DNA of 64,000 nt from Terriglobia bacterium (GTDB lineage Bacteria; Acidobacteriota; Terriglobia; 20CM-2-55-15): NCBI GenBank assembly GCA_963664115.2, contig CAXWPJ010000012.1:32001-96000 (forward strand), in the 5' to 3' direction. The notes beneath the pieces were generated by a model, which saw nothing but the letters and a program-made list of their open reading frames with translations, was not told the origin of the DNA and made no database searches. This document shows, piece by piece, positions 10,107-22,408 of this stretch. Both the position numbers and the translations under genes were made by a program. Positions within the stretch are counted from its first letter, which is position 1. Every line of letters starts with the position of its first letter.

Positions 10107-10874
10107 CTAAACAAAAGCCGGAGAGATATCGGCGTCGTCTTTCTGGAGTTTCGAATCAAAAAGCGAATATGGATTGACGTTGGCCAGAGCTGCTGTAACC
10201 GATTCAGGCACATCGACGTAGTCTTCGCTCATCTGTTTCAAGAAGGCACGAATGTCCTTGCGGGGCCCCTCCTTTTCAGCGCAGACACACCCGATTTCCA
10301 CCAGATCGTCCTGCTCCACATATCTGCACGTGAGTTCCTCGGAAACGAACACCAGGGGCCGGATCACGCGCATGGAACCTTTCCGCGATTCGGCTACCGG
10401 TGGCAGGGCGGCGATCCGGCCGTTGAATAAAATATTCCTGATCAAAGCCTCGGCGCAATCGTCGGCCGTATGACCCAAGGCCAACGCGGTGCAGCCCAGT
10501 TCTGATGCGACCTGATACAGCGCACTTCTCCTGTTCCGGCTGCACACATCGCAGCCATGTGCAACACCGTTGCCGACCAGAGCGAGAGTTCTCGGTTCGT
10601 CCCGGAGAATCCAGGCTATCCCCAGTCGTTCAAATCGCTCTTTGAGTCCTCCGACAGGTTCGGTGAATTTCCCCTGCTCCAGCGTTACCGCCACAATCTC
10701 AAAGGAAAACGGCGCAGGCCCACGGTAGGCCGCAAGTGCGTGCACGAGACAGAGGCTGTCTTTACCCCCGGAGACACCCACCGCAACTCTGTCGCCACTG
10801 CGAAGCATAGAGAACGTGCCCATGGCACGGCCGATCCGATCAAGGACCTTTCTTTGGATCTCTGTATCGTTCAT
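10107..10874 (-). CDS. ttcA: tRNA 2-thiocytidine(32) synthetase (PP-loop)
   Basis: SGGKDS, CxxC, ALGHTADD, VIRPL. Confidence 0.8.
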   Translation of the reverse strand: MNDTEIQRKVLDRIGRAMGTFSMLRSGDRVAVGVSGGKDSLCLVHALAAYRGPAPFSFEIVAVTLEQGKFTEPVGGLKERFERLGIAWILRDEPRTLALVGNGVAHGCDVCSRNRRSALYQVASELGCTALALGHTADDCAEALIRNILFNGRIAALPPVAESRKGSMRVIRPLVFVSEELTCRYVEQDDLVEIGCVCAEKEGPRKDIRAFLKQMSEDYVDVPESVTAALANVNPYSLFDSKLQKDDADISPAFV

Positions 10875-10886
10875 GATTGTTCCTGT

Positions 10887-12185
10887 CTATTTCGGCTTGC
10901 TGCGGTCCTTTTTCAGTCCCGTGACGCGGGCAGCTATCTCACCCTCCCGCACCACGACATCGATGTCCGCTCCCAATGCGACATCCCGGGTAGACCGGAC
11001 AACGGCTCCGTCGGTGGTTTTGCAGACCGCATATCCGCGTTCCAGGACAGCCAGCGGACTCAAAGCTTCCAGAGTCTCCGTCAGCGCTCGAAATCGTTCC
11101 TTCGAACCCTGCACCTTCATCCGGATTGCGGTCGAAACAGAAAGCTGCGCCCGCTCCAGACCGTTGGCACGCGATGAAAAAAAGCGGCTTGACCGTGCAA
11201 ACCGTTCCAGGCGGAACACGCCCTCGTCCACGCGCTGCGACAACTGGCGCACCCGGTGTTCGGCCACGACAAATCCACGCCCACCGGCACGCTCTGCTAG
11301 AAAACGATGGAACTGCGACAATCGGTATTGGAGGGCGGCGGTGATCCGGCTCTCGGCGGTCTCCAGCCTCTCAAGCACTTCCCTTTTCGACTGAACCACC
11401 ATCTCCGCAGCGGCGCTCGGTGTGGGTGCACGTTGATCGGCAACAAAATCACTGATCGTAAAGTCAATTTCGTGGCCCACTGCCGAGATGACCGGCTTCT
11501 CGCATCTGAAAATGGAGCGCGCCACACTTTCGTCGTTGAACGGCCACAGGTCTTCGATCGAGCCGCCACCACGTGTCACGATGACGACGTCCACGTCGGA
11601 AGCGCTGAGATAATCAATCGCTTCAACAATCTGGGGCGCGGCTTTATCGCCCTGAACGTCGGTCGGGTAGATCAAGATGTCAATCGCGTCGTGCCGTCTC
11701 TCTAAAACGGACAGGATATCCCGAAGTGCCGCACTTGTCGCGGATGTCACCACCCCGATACTGGACGGATGTCGCGGTAAGGCGCGCTTACGGTCCGTAT
11801 CGAAAAGTCCTTCCCGGTTTAACTTTTCTTTCAGACGATCAAAGGCTTCCTGGAGGGCACCCCGTCCGACGGACTCCAGAACCTCCACAATGATCTGATA
11901 TTCTCCGCGCGCCTCGTAGGTACTCAAGCGGCCACGGACACGGAACGACTCACCATTTTGGGGCTTGAATCGCAAATACATGGCCGCGTTGCGGAAACAC
12001 ACTGCCGGAATTTGCGAACTCTGATCTTTGAGGGTGAAGTAAATATGGCCTGCGGCCGAACGGCGGAGGTTGGACACCTCGCCTTCGATCCAGACGTCGG
12101 TGAACTCGCGCTCAACCAGGTCTTTGATGCGGCGACTGACTTCGCTGACCGTGTATATCTTCCGCTGCCCCGGACGGGTCTCCAT
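10887..12185 (-). CDS. xseA: Exodeoxyribonuclease VII large subunit
   Basis: GHIYFTLKD, RGGGSIEDLWPFN, SAVGHEIDFTISDFVAD.RAPTPSAAAE. Confidence 0.95.
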   Translation of the reverse strand: METRPGQRKIYTVSEVSRRIKDLVEREFTDVWIEGEVSNLRRSAAGHIYFTLKDQSSQIPAVCFRNAAMYLRFKPQNGESFRVRGRLSTYEARGEYQIIVEVLESVGRGALQEAFDRLKEKLNREGLFDTDRKRALPRHPSSIGVVTSATSAALRDILSVLERRHDAIDILIYPTDVQGDKAAPQIVEAIDYLSASDVDVVIVTRGGGSIEDLWPFNDESVARSIFRCEKPVISAVGHEIDFTISDFVADQRAPTPSAAAEMVVQSKREVLERLETAESRITAALQYRLSQFHRFLAERAGGRGFVVAEHRVRQLSQRVDEGVFRLERFARSSRFFSSRANGLERAQLSVSTAIRMKVQGSKERFRALTETLEALSPLAVLERGYAVCKTTDGAVVRSTRDVALGADIDVVVREGEIAARVTGLKKDRSKPK

Positions 12186-12211
12186 AGGGGTTCCCTTTGG
12201 ATTCGAAGCCC

Positions 12212-13264
12212 TCAGGCGACGGTAATATCTTCCGCCAGGTAGACATCCTGAATTGCGTTCAATAACTGAATGCCTTCGGCCATGGGGCGCTGGAAGGCTT
12301 TCCGCCCGGAGATCAAGCCCATGCCCCCGGCCCTCTTGTTAATGACAGCCGTCGTCACAGCTTCCTTGAGATCACTTTCACCGCTGGAAGCGCCTCCGGA
12401 GTTGATCAGCCCCGAGCGTCCCATGTAGCAATTCGCAACCTGATAGCGCGTGAGATCGATGGGATGATCCGATGTCAGATCGGAATACACCTTCTTATGA
12501 GTCTTACCGAAATTCAGCGCCGTGTAACCTCCGTTGCTCTCCGGAAGCTTCTGCTTGATGATGTCGGCTTCAATCGTCACACCGAGATGGTTCGCCTGGC
12601 CGGTCAGATCCGCCGCAGAGTGATAGTCCATGTCCTTCGTCTTGAACTCCGCATTTCTCAGGTAGCACCAGAGTATCGTGCACATCCCCAACTCGTGCGC
12701 GTACTGAAACATCTCGGTGACCTCCTGCAGTTGCCTTGCTGATTCGTCGGACCCGAAATATATGGTCGCACCCACACCCACAGCACCCATATCAAATGCC
12801 TGGTCGATACTCGCAAACTGGATCTGATCGAAGTTATTGGGATAGGTCAGAAACTCGTTGTGGTTGAACTTCATGATGAACGGGATTCTATGGGCGTATT
12901 TCCGCGCGACAGCACCTAGAACTCCCAGCGTTGATGCAACCGCATTGCAACCACCCTCCATCGCGAGCTCAACGATATTAGCGGGATCGAAATACATAGG
13001 ATTCGGAGCAAAAGACGCACCCGCTGAATGCTCGATACCCTGATCAACCGGCAAAATGGACACATAGCCTGTTTGGGCCAGTCGCCCCGAACCAGTCAGC
13101 GTTGCAATACTCCGTAAAACACGAGCAGGCCGATCAGAAAGTGCGAACACTCGATCCACAAAATCCGGCCCGGGCAAATGCAGAGATTCTTTAGGGATGG
13201 TCTTGCATTCGTGTTCGAGCAGCGCTTTCGCGTCACCACCAAGTATTTCTTGAATCTTGCCCAT
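12212..13264 (-). CDS. fbaB: Class I fructose-bisphosphate aldolase
   Basis: [35 protein letters not shown]. Confidence 0.95.
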   Translation of the reverse strand: MGKIQEILGGDAKALLEHECKTIPKESLHLPGPDFVDRVFALSDRPARVLRSIATLTGSGRLAQTGYVSILPVDQGIEHSAGASFAPNPMYFDPANIVELAMEGGCNAVASTLGVLGAVARKYAHRIPFIMKFNHNEFLTYPNNFDQIQFASIDQAFDMGAVGVGATIYFGSDESARQLQEVTEMFQYAHELGMCTILWCYLRNAEFKTKDMDYHSAADLTGQANHLGVTIEADIIKQKLPESNGGYTALNFGKTHKKVYSDLTSDHPIDLTRYQVANCYMGRSGLINSGGASSGESDLKEAVTTAVINKRAGGMGLISGRKAFQRPMAEGIQLLNAIQDVYLAEDITVA

Positions 13265-13335
13265 GATGTAGTCCTCTGTGCTTAAAAAAGTCTGTCGTAG
13301 TGCAGGGATGCTCAGAATTATAGCGAAGTTTCTCT

Positions 13336-13554
13336 CTAACGCCGATTGATTGCCATCAAGATCAAACTGATGATGACACTCAGAAGAATCGATGTACCCA
13401 AAGGAAAGTAGAACGAAAAGTTATCCCGCTGAAAGCGAAAGTCCAGGGGCAGACGGCCGAAGCGAAACGGCAATCGCTCGCTATAGGTGAGCGCGAGGCC
13501 GAACACAACCATGATCGCGCCAAATATGACAAGTGCCCGCCCCAGTTGCGTCAT
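13336..13554 (-). CDS. DUF2905-like small membrane protein
   Basis: GRLP.D..F....[13 protein letters not shown]. Confidence 0.8.
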   Translation of the reverse strand: MTQLGRALVIFGAIMVVFGLALTYSERLPFRFGRLPLDFRFQRDNFSFYFPLGTSILLSVIISLILMAINRR

Positions 13555-13608
13555 ATGCGAGCATCCTCGGGCCGTGACCGGCCCTACTGCAGGCCCAGTG
13601 CGTTACGT

Positions 13609-14022
13609 TCAGGCAAGCTCCAGACGCCCGAAGAAATAAGAAATCTCAAAGTTGGCCGTTTCCGGCGCATCCGAACCATGAATCGAATTGCGTTCGATAT
13701 TGGTCGCGAATTTCTTTCGGATCGTTCCCTCGTCTGCTTTTGCTGGGTCGGTCGCGCCCATCAACTTGCGCAATCGCGTGATCGCGTCCTCGGCTTCCAG
13801 AACCATTACGACCACCGCACCTTCCGTCATGAACTCGACCAGGCTTGAGAAAAACGGACGTTCGCGATGGACGGCGTAGAACCCTTCCGCTTCTTCTTTT
13901 GAAAGGTGGACCATCTTGACAGCCCGGACCTTAAGTCCTGCGTCTTCGATCATGGCGATCACGGCACCCGAGCGACCGGCACTCACCGTGTCCGGCTTAA
14001 GAATGGTCAGGGTCTCTTCCAT
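13609..14022 (-). CDS. ndk: Nucleoside-diphosphate kinase
   Basis: KPD, FYAVHRERPFF, NSIHGSD. Confidence 0.97.
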   Translation of the reverse strand: MEETLTILKPDTVSAGRSGAVIAMIEDAGLKVRAVKMVHLSKEEAEGFYAVHRERPFFSSLVEFMTEGAVVVMVLEAEDAITRLRKLMGATDPAKADEGTIRKKFATNIERNSIHGSDAPETANFEISYFFGRLELA

Positions 14023-14023
14023 G

Positions 14024-14896
14024 CTAGGAAATTACCTCTTCGATCGCGGCGCCCATGTCGGCGGGACTTCGGACAACATGGATACCGGCCGCTTCCATTG
14101 CTTTCATCTTTTCCTCGGCCGTCCCCTTCCCGCCAGCGATGATTGCTCCGGCGTGTCCCATCCTCCGTCCGGGCGGCGCCGTCTGGCCGCAAATGAATCC
14201 CACAACCGGCTTCTTGACGTTCTCCTTTACGAACGCGGCAGCATCCTCTTCCGCGTTGCCTCCAATTTCGCCAATCATGACGATGGCTGTGGTTTCAGGA
14301 TCTTCGTTGAACAACCCGATCGCATCAATGAAGTCAGTACCGATGATAGGATCTCCGCCGATACCAATACATGTGGATTGGCCAATGCCCCGGACCGTCA
14401 ACTGACCCACCGCTTCGTAGGTGAGCGTCCCGCTGCGCGAGACCACACCGACGTGGCCCTCGAGGTGAATGTGCCCTGGCATGATCCCGATCTTGCACTT
14501 ATCCGGAGAGATGATGCCCGGGCAATTCGGTCCGATCAGACGGGTGGACTCTCTGCCCTCCAGAAATTTCATCGTCCGTATCATGTCGAATGTCGGCACA
14601 CCTTCGGTTATGCAGACGACGAGTTCGATTCCAGCATCCGCGGACTCCATGATGGCGTCTGCCGCAAACGGAGGTGGAACGAAAATCACGGAAGCGTTCG
14701 CGCCCGTCTTCCGGCGTGCCTCGTCCACACTGTTGAAAACGTCGATGCCCTCATGCTTCGTTCCCCCCTTTCCCGGAGTCACGCCGCCTACGACATTGGT
14801 TCCGTACTGAACCGCTTGAGACGTATGAAAGCTTCCCTCTCGACCCGTTATGCCTTGAACGATCAACCGTGTCGATTTGTCGACCAGAATACTCAC
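14024..14896 (-). CDS. sucD: Succinyl-CoA synthetase alpha subunit
   Basis: [26 protein letters not shown]. Confidence 0.97.
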   Translation of the reverse strand: MSILVDKSTRLIVQGITGREGSFHTSQAVQYGTNVVGGVTPGKGGTKHEGIDVFNSVDEARRKTGANASVIFVPPPFAADAIMESADAGIELVVCITEGVPTFDMIRTMKFLEGRESTRLIGPNCPGIISPDKCKIGIMPGHIHLEGHVGVVSRSGTLTYEAVGQLTVRGIGQSTCIGIGGDPIIGTDFIDAIGLFNEDPETTAIVMIGEIGGNAEEDAAAFVKENVKKPVVGFICGQTAPPGRRMGHAGAIIAGGKGTAEEKMKAMEAAGIHVVRSPADMGAAIEEVIS

Positions 14897-14913
14897 TGAA
14901 TCTTCACCCTTAA

Positions 14914-16071
14914 TTATTTTGCGGCTGCAACAACCTGTTCAGCTGCATCTTTCATGTCCTTAGCCACAAGGAAATTCAGACCCGAGTTCCGCAGAATTTC
15001 CTGCCCCTTTTCAACGTTCGTCCCTTCAAGGCGAACAACAACGGGAACTTTTATGCCCATCTTCTTAGCCGCCTCGACAACGCCCGCCGCCACAATATCG
15101 CAGCGCATGATGCCTCCGAAAATATTAATCAGTACAGCCCTGACGTTTGGGTCGGACAGGAGGATGTTGAACGCGTTCTCCACTTGTTCGGCTGAAGCGC
15201 CCCCGCCGACATCCAGGAAGTTCGCCGGGTTCCCCCCGGCGAGTTTGATAATATCCATCGTCGCCATGGCCAACCCGGCACCGTTGACCATGCAGGCAAC
15301 GTTTCCGTCGAGCTTGATGTAGTTGAGACCGTACTTACTGGCTTCGATCTCCGAGGGATCCTCTTCGTTCAGGTCCCGGAGTTCAGCGATATCCCCATGT
15401 CGGTGTAAAGCGTTGTCATCAAAGGTCATCTTGGCATCCAGCGCATAGACCTGGTCATCGCCGGTCACGAGAAAGGGGTTGATCTCCGCCAGCGAGGCAT
15501 CCGTGTCTTCGAAGGCGCGGTAGAGCGCCATCATGAACTTCGATGCGTCGCGCACGAGCTTGGGATCCAGGCCCAATCCGAAGGCCACTTTGCGTGCCTG
15601 GAAGGCCTGGAGACCGAGGCCCGGCTGTATCCATTCCTTCAGGATACGTTCGGGAGTCTTGGCGGCCACCTCTTCGATATCCATCCCGCCTTCGGTGGAC
15701 GCCATCAACACGGGCAAGCCGGCCTGGCGGTCGATCACGATGCCAATGTAAAGCTCCTTCCGGATGTCGAGACCTTCCTCGACGAGGACTGTCTCGACTT
15801 TACTCCCTTCCGGACCCGTCTGATGGGTGACCAACTGCATCCCGATGATTTCGCGCGCCAGTTGTTCGGCTTCCTCGGGGCTGCGCGCCAGCTTTACGCC
15901 ACCCCCCTTGCCGCGGCCACCGGCATGAATCTGCGCTTTCACGACAACCGTTCCTCCCAAGCGTTCGGCTATCGCCCGCACTTCGGTCGGGTCGCTGGTG
16001 ACTTCTCCGCGGGGGATCCGGACCTTGTAGCGATCCAGGATCGCTTTCGCCTGATGTTCATGAATCTTCAT
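14914..16071 (-). CDS. sucC: Succinyl-CoA synthetase beta subunit
   Basis: [30 protein letters not shown]. Confidence 0.97.
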   Translation of the reverse strand: MKIHEHQAKAILDRYKVRIPRGEVTSDPTEVRAIAERLGGTVVVKAQIHAGGRGKGGGVKLARSPEEAEQLAREIIGMQLVTHQTGPEGSKVETVLVEEGLDIRKELYIGIVIDRQAGLPVLMASTEGGMDIEEVAAKTPERILKEWIQPGLGLQAFQARKVAFGLGLDPKLVRDASKFMMALYRAFEDTDASLAEINPFLVTGDDQVYALDAKMTFDDNALHRHGDIAELRDLNEEDPSEIEASKYGLNYIKLDGNVACMVNGAGLAMATMDIIKLAGGNPANFLDVGGGASAEQVENAFNILLSDPNVRAVLINIFGGIMRCDIVAAGVVEAAKKMGIKVPVVVRLEGTNVEKGQEILRNSGLNFLVAKDMKDAAEQVVAAAK

Positions 16072-16165
16072 CGATCGTCTACCTCAGTAATAGTCGCGGT
16101 CACAGATCAAACTCGTAACTTTACGGAACTGGCATGGTCCGTGTCAACGGAGGGGAAAAGGGTGG

Positions 16166-16241
16166 AGGAAGGGGACGGACACTTCATGCAACATTGGTAG
16201 CCTGACGATTGTATTTCGGCTGAAGTGTCCGTCCCCTTCCT
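16166..16241. repeat. REP/MITE-like palindrome family A, copy 1
   Basis: 21-bp perfect IR AGGAAGGGGACGGACACTTCA...TGAAGTGTCCGTCCCCTTCCT. Confidence 0.85.
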
Positions 16242-16257
16242 TCCCCGCCCCCTTCCA

Positions 16258-17668
<1,411 letters not shown>

Positions 17669-17863
17669 AGCTGACTCCTTTGAAATAATCGAAGGCCGGA
17701 CGGCACTCGGGGACCGCCCCACCATTATCCAGCATTTTAGCAACCATGTCCGTTTCCCGGACCCGCCCGATACTACGGCGGGCAGCAACGGTCCCCGAAA
17801 GGGCCCACGCGCCTATGCTACAATTCAGCCGCTCTATTTCGGGCGATTCAGAGAGCTTAAGGG

Positions 17864-19186
17864 GTGGAAGTGATTGAAAAAGATGTCTCTATCGAGCCTG
17901 CCGAAGGAAAACTTGGCGTCCTCATACCCGGTCTCGGTGCGGTCAGCACTACCTTCATTGCCGGCGTCGAAGCCATTAAGAAACAGATCGCTCAACCTAT
18001 TGGATCTCTGACACAACTCGGCACCGTCCGCTTGGGAAAACGGACCGATGACACGGTGCCGCTCATCCGGGACTTCGTGCCCTTGGCCGGGTTGGAAGAC
18101 CTGGTCTTCGGGGGTTGGGACATTTACGAAGACAATTGCTTTGATGCCGCGTCGAAAGCGGGAGTTCTGGAGCCACAACTCTTAGACCAGGTGCGGCCCG
18201 GGATCGAGCGCATCGTTCCCTGGAAGGCCGTGTTCAGCCGCGACTACGTCAAGAAGCTCGATGGCAAGAACGTCAAGACCGGTAAAAGCAAGATGGATCT
18301 TGCCGAACAGGTTATGGCCGACATCGACGGCTTCAGCGAGGCCAACAACCTGAAGCGGATGGTCATGATCTGGTGTGGTAGCACCGAAGTGTACATGCAG
18401 CCCGGACCCGCGCATCAGACCATCGAATCCTTCGAAACAGCCCTCCGGAATAGTGATCCGGCCATCGCGCCCAGCATGGTTTATGCCTACGCCGCACTGT
18501 CTCGCGGCATCCCGTTTGCCAACGGAGCTCCAAACCTGACCCTCGACGTACCGGCTCTCGTTCAATTGGCTCACGACAAAGGCGCCCCAATCTGTGGTAA
18601 GGACTTCAAGACCGGACAGACGCTGCTGAAAACGATTATTGCGCCCGGCTTGAAGTCGCGCATGATCGGGCTGAACGGATGGTTTTCGACGAATATCCTG
18701 GGAAATCGGGATGGCGAGGTTCTCGACGATCCGGAGTCTTTCAAGACGAAAGAGGAAAGCAAACTGTCGGTGCTGGATCAGATATTACAACCGGACTTAT
18801 ATCCCGAACTCTACGGAAACTTCACTCACAAGGTCCGCATCAATTATTATCCGCCACGCGGAGATAATAAAGAAGGCTGGGATAACATCGACATATTTGG
18901 CTGGCTGGGACGTCCCATGCAGATCAAGATCAATTTTCTGTGCCGCGACAGTATCCTGGCCGCGCCCATCGTGCTGGACCTCGTACTTTTTCTCGACCTG
19001 GCCAAGCGATGCGGAATGCGCGGGATACAGGAGTGGTTGAGTTTTTACTTCAAGAGCCCGATGTCTGCGCCGGGCCTGTACCCGGAACACGACCTCTTCA
19101 TCCAATCGATGAAGCTGAAAAACACGCTCCGTTATTTGCGTGGAGAGGAGTTAATCACGCATCTCGGCATGGAGTACTACGACTGA
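17864..19186 (+). CDS. ino1: Inositol-3-phosphate synthase
   Basis: GLGAVS, GGWD, GKDFKTGQT, NILGNRDG, RDSILAAPIVLDL. Confidence 0.93.
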   Translation: MEVIEKDVSIEPAEGKLGVLIPGLGAVSTTFIAGVEAIKKQIAQPIGSLTQLGTVRLGKRTDDTVPLIRDFVPLAGLEDLVFGGWDIYEDNCFDAASKAGVLEPQLLDQVRPGIERIVPWKAVFSRDYVKKLDGKNVKTGKSKMDLAEQVMADIDGFSEANNLKRMVMIWCGSTEVYMQPGPAHQTIESFETALRNSDPAIAPSMVYAYAALSRGIPFANGAPNLTLDVPALVQLAHDKGAPICGKDFKTGQTLLKTIIAPGLKSRMIGLNGWFSTNILGNRDGEVLDDPESFKTKEESKLSVLDQILQPDLYPELYGNFTHKVRINYYPPRGDNKEGWDNIDIFGWLGRPMQIKINFLCRDSILAAPIVLDLVLFLDLAKRCGMRGIQEWLSFYFKSPMSAPGLYPEHDLFIQSMKLKNTLRYLRGEELITHLGMEYYD

Positions 19187-19285
19187 GAAGGGCGGAACTA
19201 AATTATTTGCTCGCCCAAAACGCACACAACCGTCCATAATTGAGCAAGGTAGGTCGATCGAAGATTTCCCAGGACGAAACTTGAG

Positions 19286-20314
19286 ATGAAATCGAAAGTA
19301 TTGCTGCTGACAGCCCTCGCCTTTCTGTTCGTTTCCCCCAACCCGGCAAGCGCTCAGGAGTTTCAAACCAAAGCTGAGTATGATGCCTATATGGCGCTCT
19401 ACAATGAAACAGCCACCGGCACCAAAGTCGATCTTGGAGAGACTTTTGTTGCCGAGTACCCGGAGTCGGAGGCCGCTCCAATCGCCTACCAGATTCTGGT
19501 TGCGACACACTTCAGCGAAAGGAATTGGCGCGGCGTTGTCGATGTGACCGAGCGTTTCGAGAGAGCCTTCCCCGGTAGCGACGCAGGGACCCAGTCGTTT
19601 ATTTACCGGCGCGCAATGGCCTCCGCTCAGCAAACGAGCGATTCGGAGAAAATCATCCAGTACGGGGAACACATCCTGGACCTGGACCGCACCGACCTTG
19701 GCGCGCTCTTGACTCTGCCTCCGGTCATACTGGACAGCCTTCCCGCTTTTGGCGGCGGCCGTGAGAGGGGTCTGGCACGATCGTTCGAGCTGGCCAACCG
19801 TGCACGTTTGGGTGCCCAGACGACCTATCCGCGCCCGAGCAACGACCCACAAGCGAACACGCAAAGAGTGCAGGTTTTCTCAAGCATCCACATGTCTCTG
19901 GGGACAGTCCATTTCTTGCGGGAAGACTATGACCGCGCGGTTCAGGAATACGAGACGGTCCTCAGTTTTGACCGTCAGCATCCGCTGGCCTACCTGCAGA
20001 TTGGATTGGCGCGTCAGTACCAGGCGGCTCGCAGTTCCCGCCTCCTGCAGGAAGCTGCGGGAGACACCCTGACCGAAGCTGACGCCTTACCACCGGAGGT
20101 TGCGGCATTGGAACAGGCCGTCATTGCCAGCACTGATCTCGCGATGGACTCACTGGCAAAGGCCGTTTCCCTGGGAGGTCAAGCCGCCAATCAGGCCCGG
20201 ATCGAACTCGAACGGCTCTACCGAAACAAGAACGAAGACTCGCTGGAAGGTCTGGACGAGTTTATCGAGACAAAACAGGCCGAACTCTCAGAGGGAGAAA
20301 CCGAAGAACGATAG
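19286..20314 (+). CDS. Secreted TPR-like helical protein
   Basis: Signal peptide (ASA|Q); TPR-like LG.VHF...DY..A...Y segments. Confidence 0.7.
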   Translation: MKSKVLLLTALAFLFVSPNPASAQEFQTKAEYDAYMALYNETATGTKVDLGETFVAEYPESEAAPIAYQILVATHFSERNWRGVVDVTERFERAFPGSDAGTQSFIYRRAMASAQQTSDSEKIIQYGEHILDLDRTDLGALLTLPPVILDSLPAFGGGRERGLARSFELANRARLGAQTTYPRPSNDPQANTQRVQVFSSIHMSLGTVHFLREDYDRAVQEYETVLSFDRQHPLAYLQIGLARQYQAARSSRLLQEAAGDTLTEADALPPEVAALEQAVIASTDLAMDSLAKAVSLGGQAANQARIELERLYRNKNEDSLEGLDEFIETKQAELSEGETEER

Positions 20315-20340
20315 GTACGATCATCGCTCAATCGTTACAG

Positions 20341-20369
20341 GCGGCCTTCCCCGGGGAGGGCCGCTTTTT
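20341..20369 (+). terminator. Rho-independent terminator
   Basis: GCGGCCTTCC...GGAGGGCCGC stem followed by TTTTT. Confidence 0.75.
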
Positions 20370-20384
20370 AGTTGGAACTTTGGG

Positions 20385-20451
20385 AGGGGACGGACACTTC
20401 ATGCGATGTGGCGTCCTGGCTAGTGTATTTCGGCTGAAGTGTCCGTCCCCT
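20385..20451. repeat. REP/MITE-like palindrome family A, copy 2
   Basis: 17-bp IR AGGGGACGGACACTTCA/TGAAGTGTCCGTCCCCT; spacer shares TGTATTTCGGC with copy 1. Confidence 0.85.
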
Positions 20452-20459
20452 TCAGGATA

Positions 20460-20984
20460 TTAGGGAGCAGGATTTGTTTCGTGGCAAGTCAGACAGGTGA
20501 CGGTCCCCCTCAGCTTGGCGCTCGCTCCATAGTCGTCACTGTTCAGCCGCCCGACCCATTTACGCATCAGGTCGGCCATGAATTCAGGATTGTTTTCAAA
20601 GGTGGCAACCAAGGGGAGACGCTGCTTCGGGATATTCGCGAAGTTGACCTGTCCGGAAACGTGACAATCGGTACACCAAACGCGGCCATCGACAGGATCG
20701 ATCAATGGAGAGCTCCAGTCCGGATTCGGATTCCGATTCGCGGGAACGCTATAGAGAGCTTCGACCCAGGTATGCATGAAAAACGCTTTGACGAAAGGCG
20801 GCGCATCGGCCTCTTCACCATCTTCACCCCCAGTGAAAAACTCGGGCATGGCTAAGGGACTGGCCAGGGGTGCTTCCCGTAGAGGCATATCTTCCAGACG
20901 CGACCCATTACTGATGCGCTCAATGTTCTGGTTGCAGGCCGCGACAAGCAGAACGAAGACAGCAGAAAGAACCCTCAGTTTCAT
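20460..20984 (-). CDS. Diheme c-type cytochrome lipoprotein
   Basis: Lipobox LVAAC; CTDCH and CLTCH heme motifs. Confidence 0.75.
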   Translation of the reverse strand: MKLRVLSAVFVLLVAACNQNIERISNGSRLEDMPLREAPLASPLAMPEFFTGGEDGEEADAPPFVKAFFMHTWVEALYSVPANRNPNPDWSSPLIDPVDGRVWCTDCHVSGQVNFANIPKQRLPLVATFENNPEFMADLMRKWVGRLNSDDYGASAKLRGTVTCLTCHETNPAP

Positions 20985-21130
20985 AACTACGGTATTCTAA
21001 CAGAGACAGGGTTGAAGACAGGTCTCGATGTAAGTCCGGGCATGGCAGGACAGTCCGGCCGAGGGTGGGGCCCACAACCGGGATTGCCACCCTAGCAGGC
21101 TCTTCGCCCCGACCCCGAAACGAATTCATC

Positions 21131-21682
21131 ATGATCGACAGACGGACATTTTTCTCAGGCTTCTGGAAACTCGGGCCTCAGGTTCATCGGACCGTAGCGG
21201 ACCGCAAAACGCGTTACAAAGCTCTCGAAGTACACGTTCAGATCCACTTGCTCCCAAACGACTTCGCCCTGACCGAAGCGGAAGAATCTTATCTGTGGGG
21301 GCGTGTCCGCTCCCTTCTCGAGCGGACCGACGACAAGAATCTCTTTTCTACGGACATCACCAGACAATTAAGCCGCTTGGTCGAGGACATCCTCGAACCA
21401 TTGCGCATGTCCAGTGAGGAAGTCACTCCAAACAGACAGCCTGCCCCACTGCGTCAGGCGGCAATAGAAAAAGTAACTACCTTTCTAAACAATGTGTCTG
21501 AGCCAGAGATCGAAGCGTTAAAAAACAGATTCTCCCTGGCAAGTCGGGCCGATCTGGAAAAACACCTGCGGCAGGAAATCACAACTTGGATAGATGCAAT
21601 GGAAGACAGCGAGGTACTTAAACACGATTCCTTCAGCATCCAGGATCCGGTGTTCGCGCATCTCCGTGCCCTACGTCCGTAG
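21131..21682 (+). CDS. Hypothetical helical protein
   Basis: Long ORF filling the gap between genes; no recognised motif. Confidence 0.55.
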   Translation: MIDRRTFFSGFWKLGPQVHRTVADRKTRYKALEVHVQIHLLPNDFALTEAEESYLWGRVRSLLERTDDKNLFSTDITRQLSRLVEDILEPLRMSSEEVTPNRQPAPLRQAAIEKVTTFLNNVSEPEIEALKNRFSLASRADLEKHLRQEITTWIDAMEDSEVLKHDSFSIQDPVFAHLRALRP

Positions 21683-21910
21683 TGCGCTTGCAGACGGCTC
21701 CCCGGCCCTGCTAGACTTCTTCGCCTATGCCTTCGTTGAGAGAGTCAGCGTAGTCCCCGGCCCCTTGGAAAGGTTACCGAGTGTCGCAGGCTTGGGCCCA
21801 ACAACAGGCCTTTCGAAGCGCCGCGGCCTTCTAAAGCGCTGCGGCTTTTGAATAAGCTGTCAAGCTCACCATCGATGGGACAGGGTACTAAGGAAGGGAA
21901 AGCGAATTCC

Positions 21911-22243
21911 ATGCGTGCGTCAATCCTCAAGAAATACAAGAAGATTCTCGTTGGCAAGAGAGAGGAGATCGCATCCTCGCCAGACCGCTCTACTGTAGCC
22001 GACGAAACCATGCGAACAGGTGACTGGGTCGATCATTCCAGCCAGGAAAACGATCTTCATGTAAATCTGGCACTGAAACAGACCGATACGAAGCTAGTTC
22101 GCGCTATCGAAGACGCGCTCCAGCGGGTGGATCAAGGCACATTCGGCATCTGTATGGATTGTGACGAACCGATTGCTGAAGTCCGCCTGGTCGCCGTCCC
22201 CTGGACCCGGGTGTGCATCGACTGCAAAGAAAAGCAGGACTAG
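21911..22243 (+). CDS. TraR/DksA family C4 zinc-finger regulator
   Basis: GDWVD coiled-coil tip, GTFGICMDC...RL.AVPW...CIDC. Confidence 0.9.
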   Translation: MRASILKKYKKILVGKREEIASSPDRSTVADETMRTGDWVDHSSQENDLHVNLALKQTDTKLVRAIEDALQRVDQGTFGICMDCDEPIAEVRLVAVPWTRVCIDCKEKQD

Positions 22244-22388
22244 ACGCAAGACCTCATCCGACTAGACCTTATCCCACCACAGCGCCGGCGATCCGCTGCC
22301 AGTTTTGAGCCCAGATGGCGAGTAAGGGAAGCGACTCTTACAGAAGTTGATCATCGGAAGCCCACTATCTCTAATTTTTGTACCCTTT

Positions 22389-22408
22389 CCGACGCCGACC
22401 GGCCTCAG
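22389..22408 (-). promoter_or_regulatory. Candidate bacterial SECIS element
   Basis: CUGAGGCC-GGUC-GGCGUCGG starts 11 nt after the UGA; same spacing and GGUC loop as the E. coli fdhF SECIS. Confidence 0.7.

Noticed and set aside
21131-21190. DRRTFF as a Tat signal
   Set aside because: No hydrophobic h-region follows.
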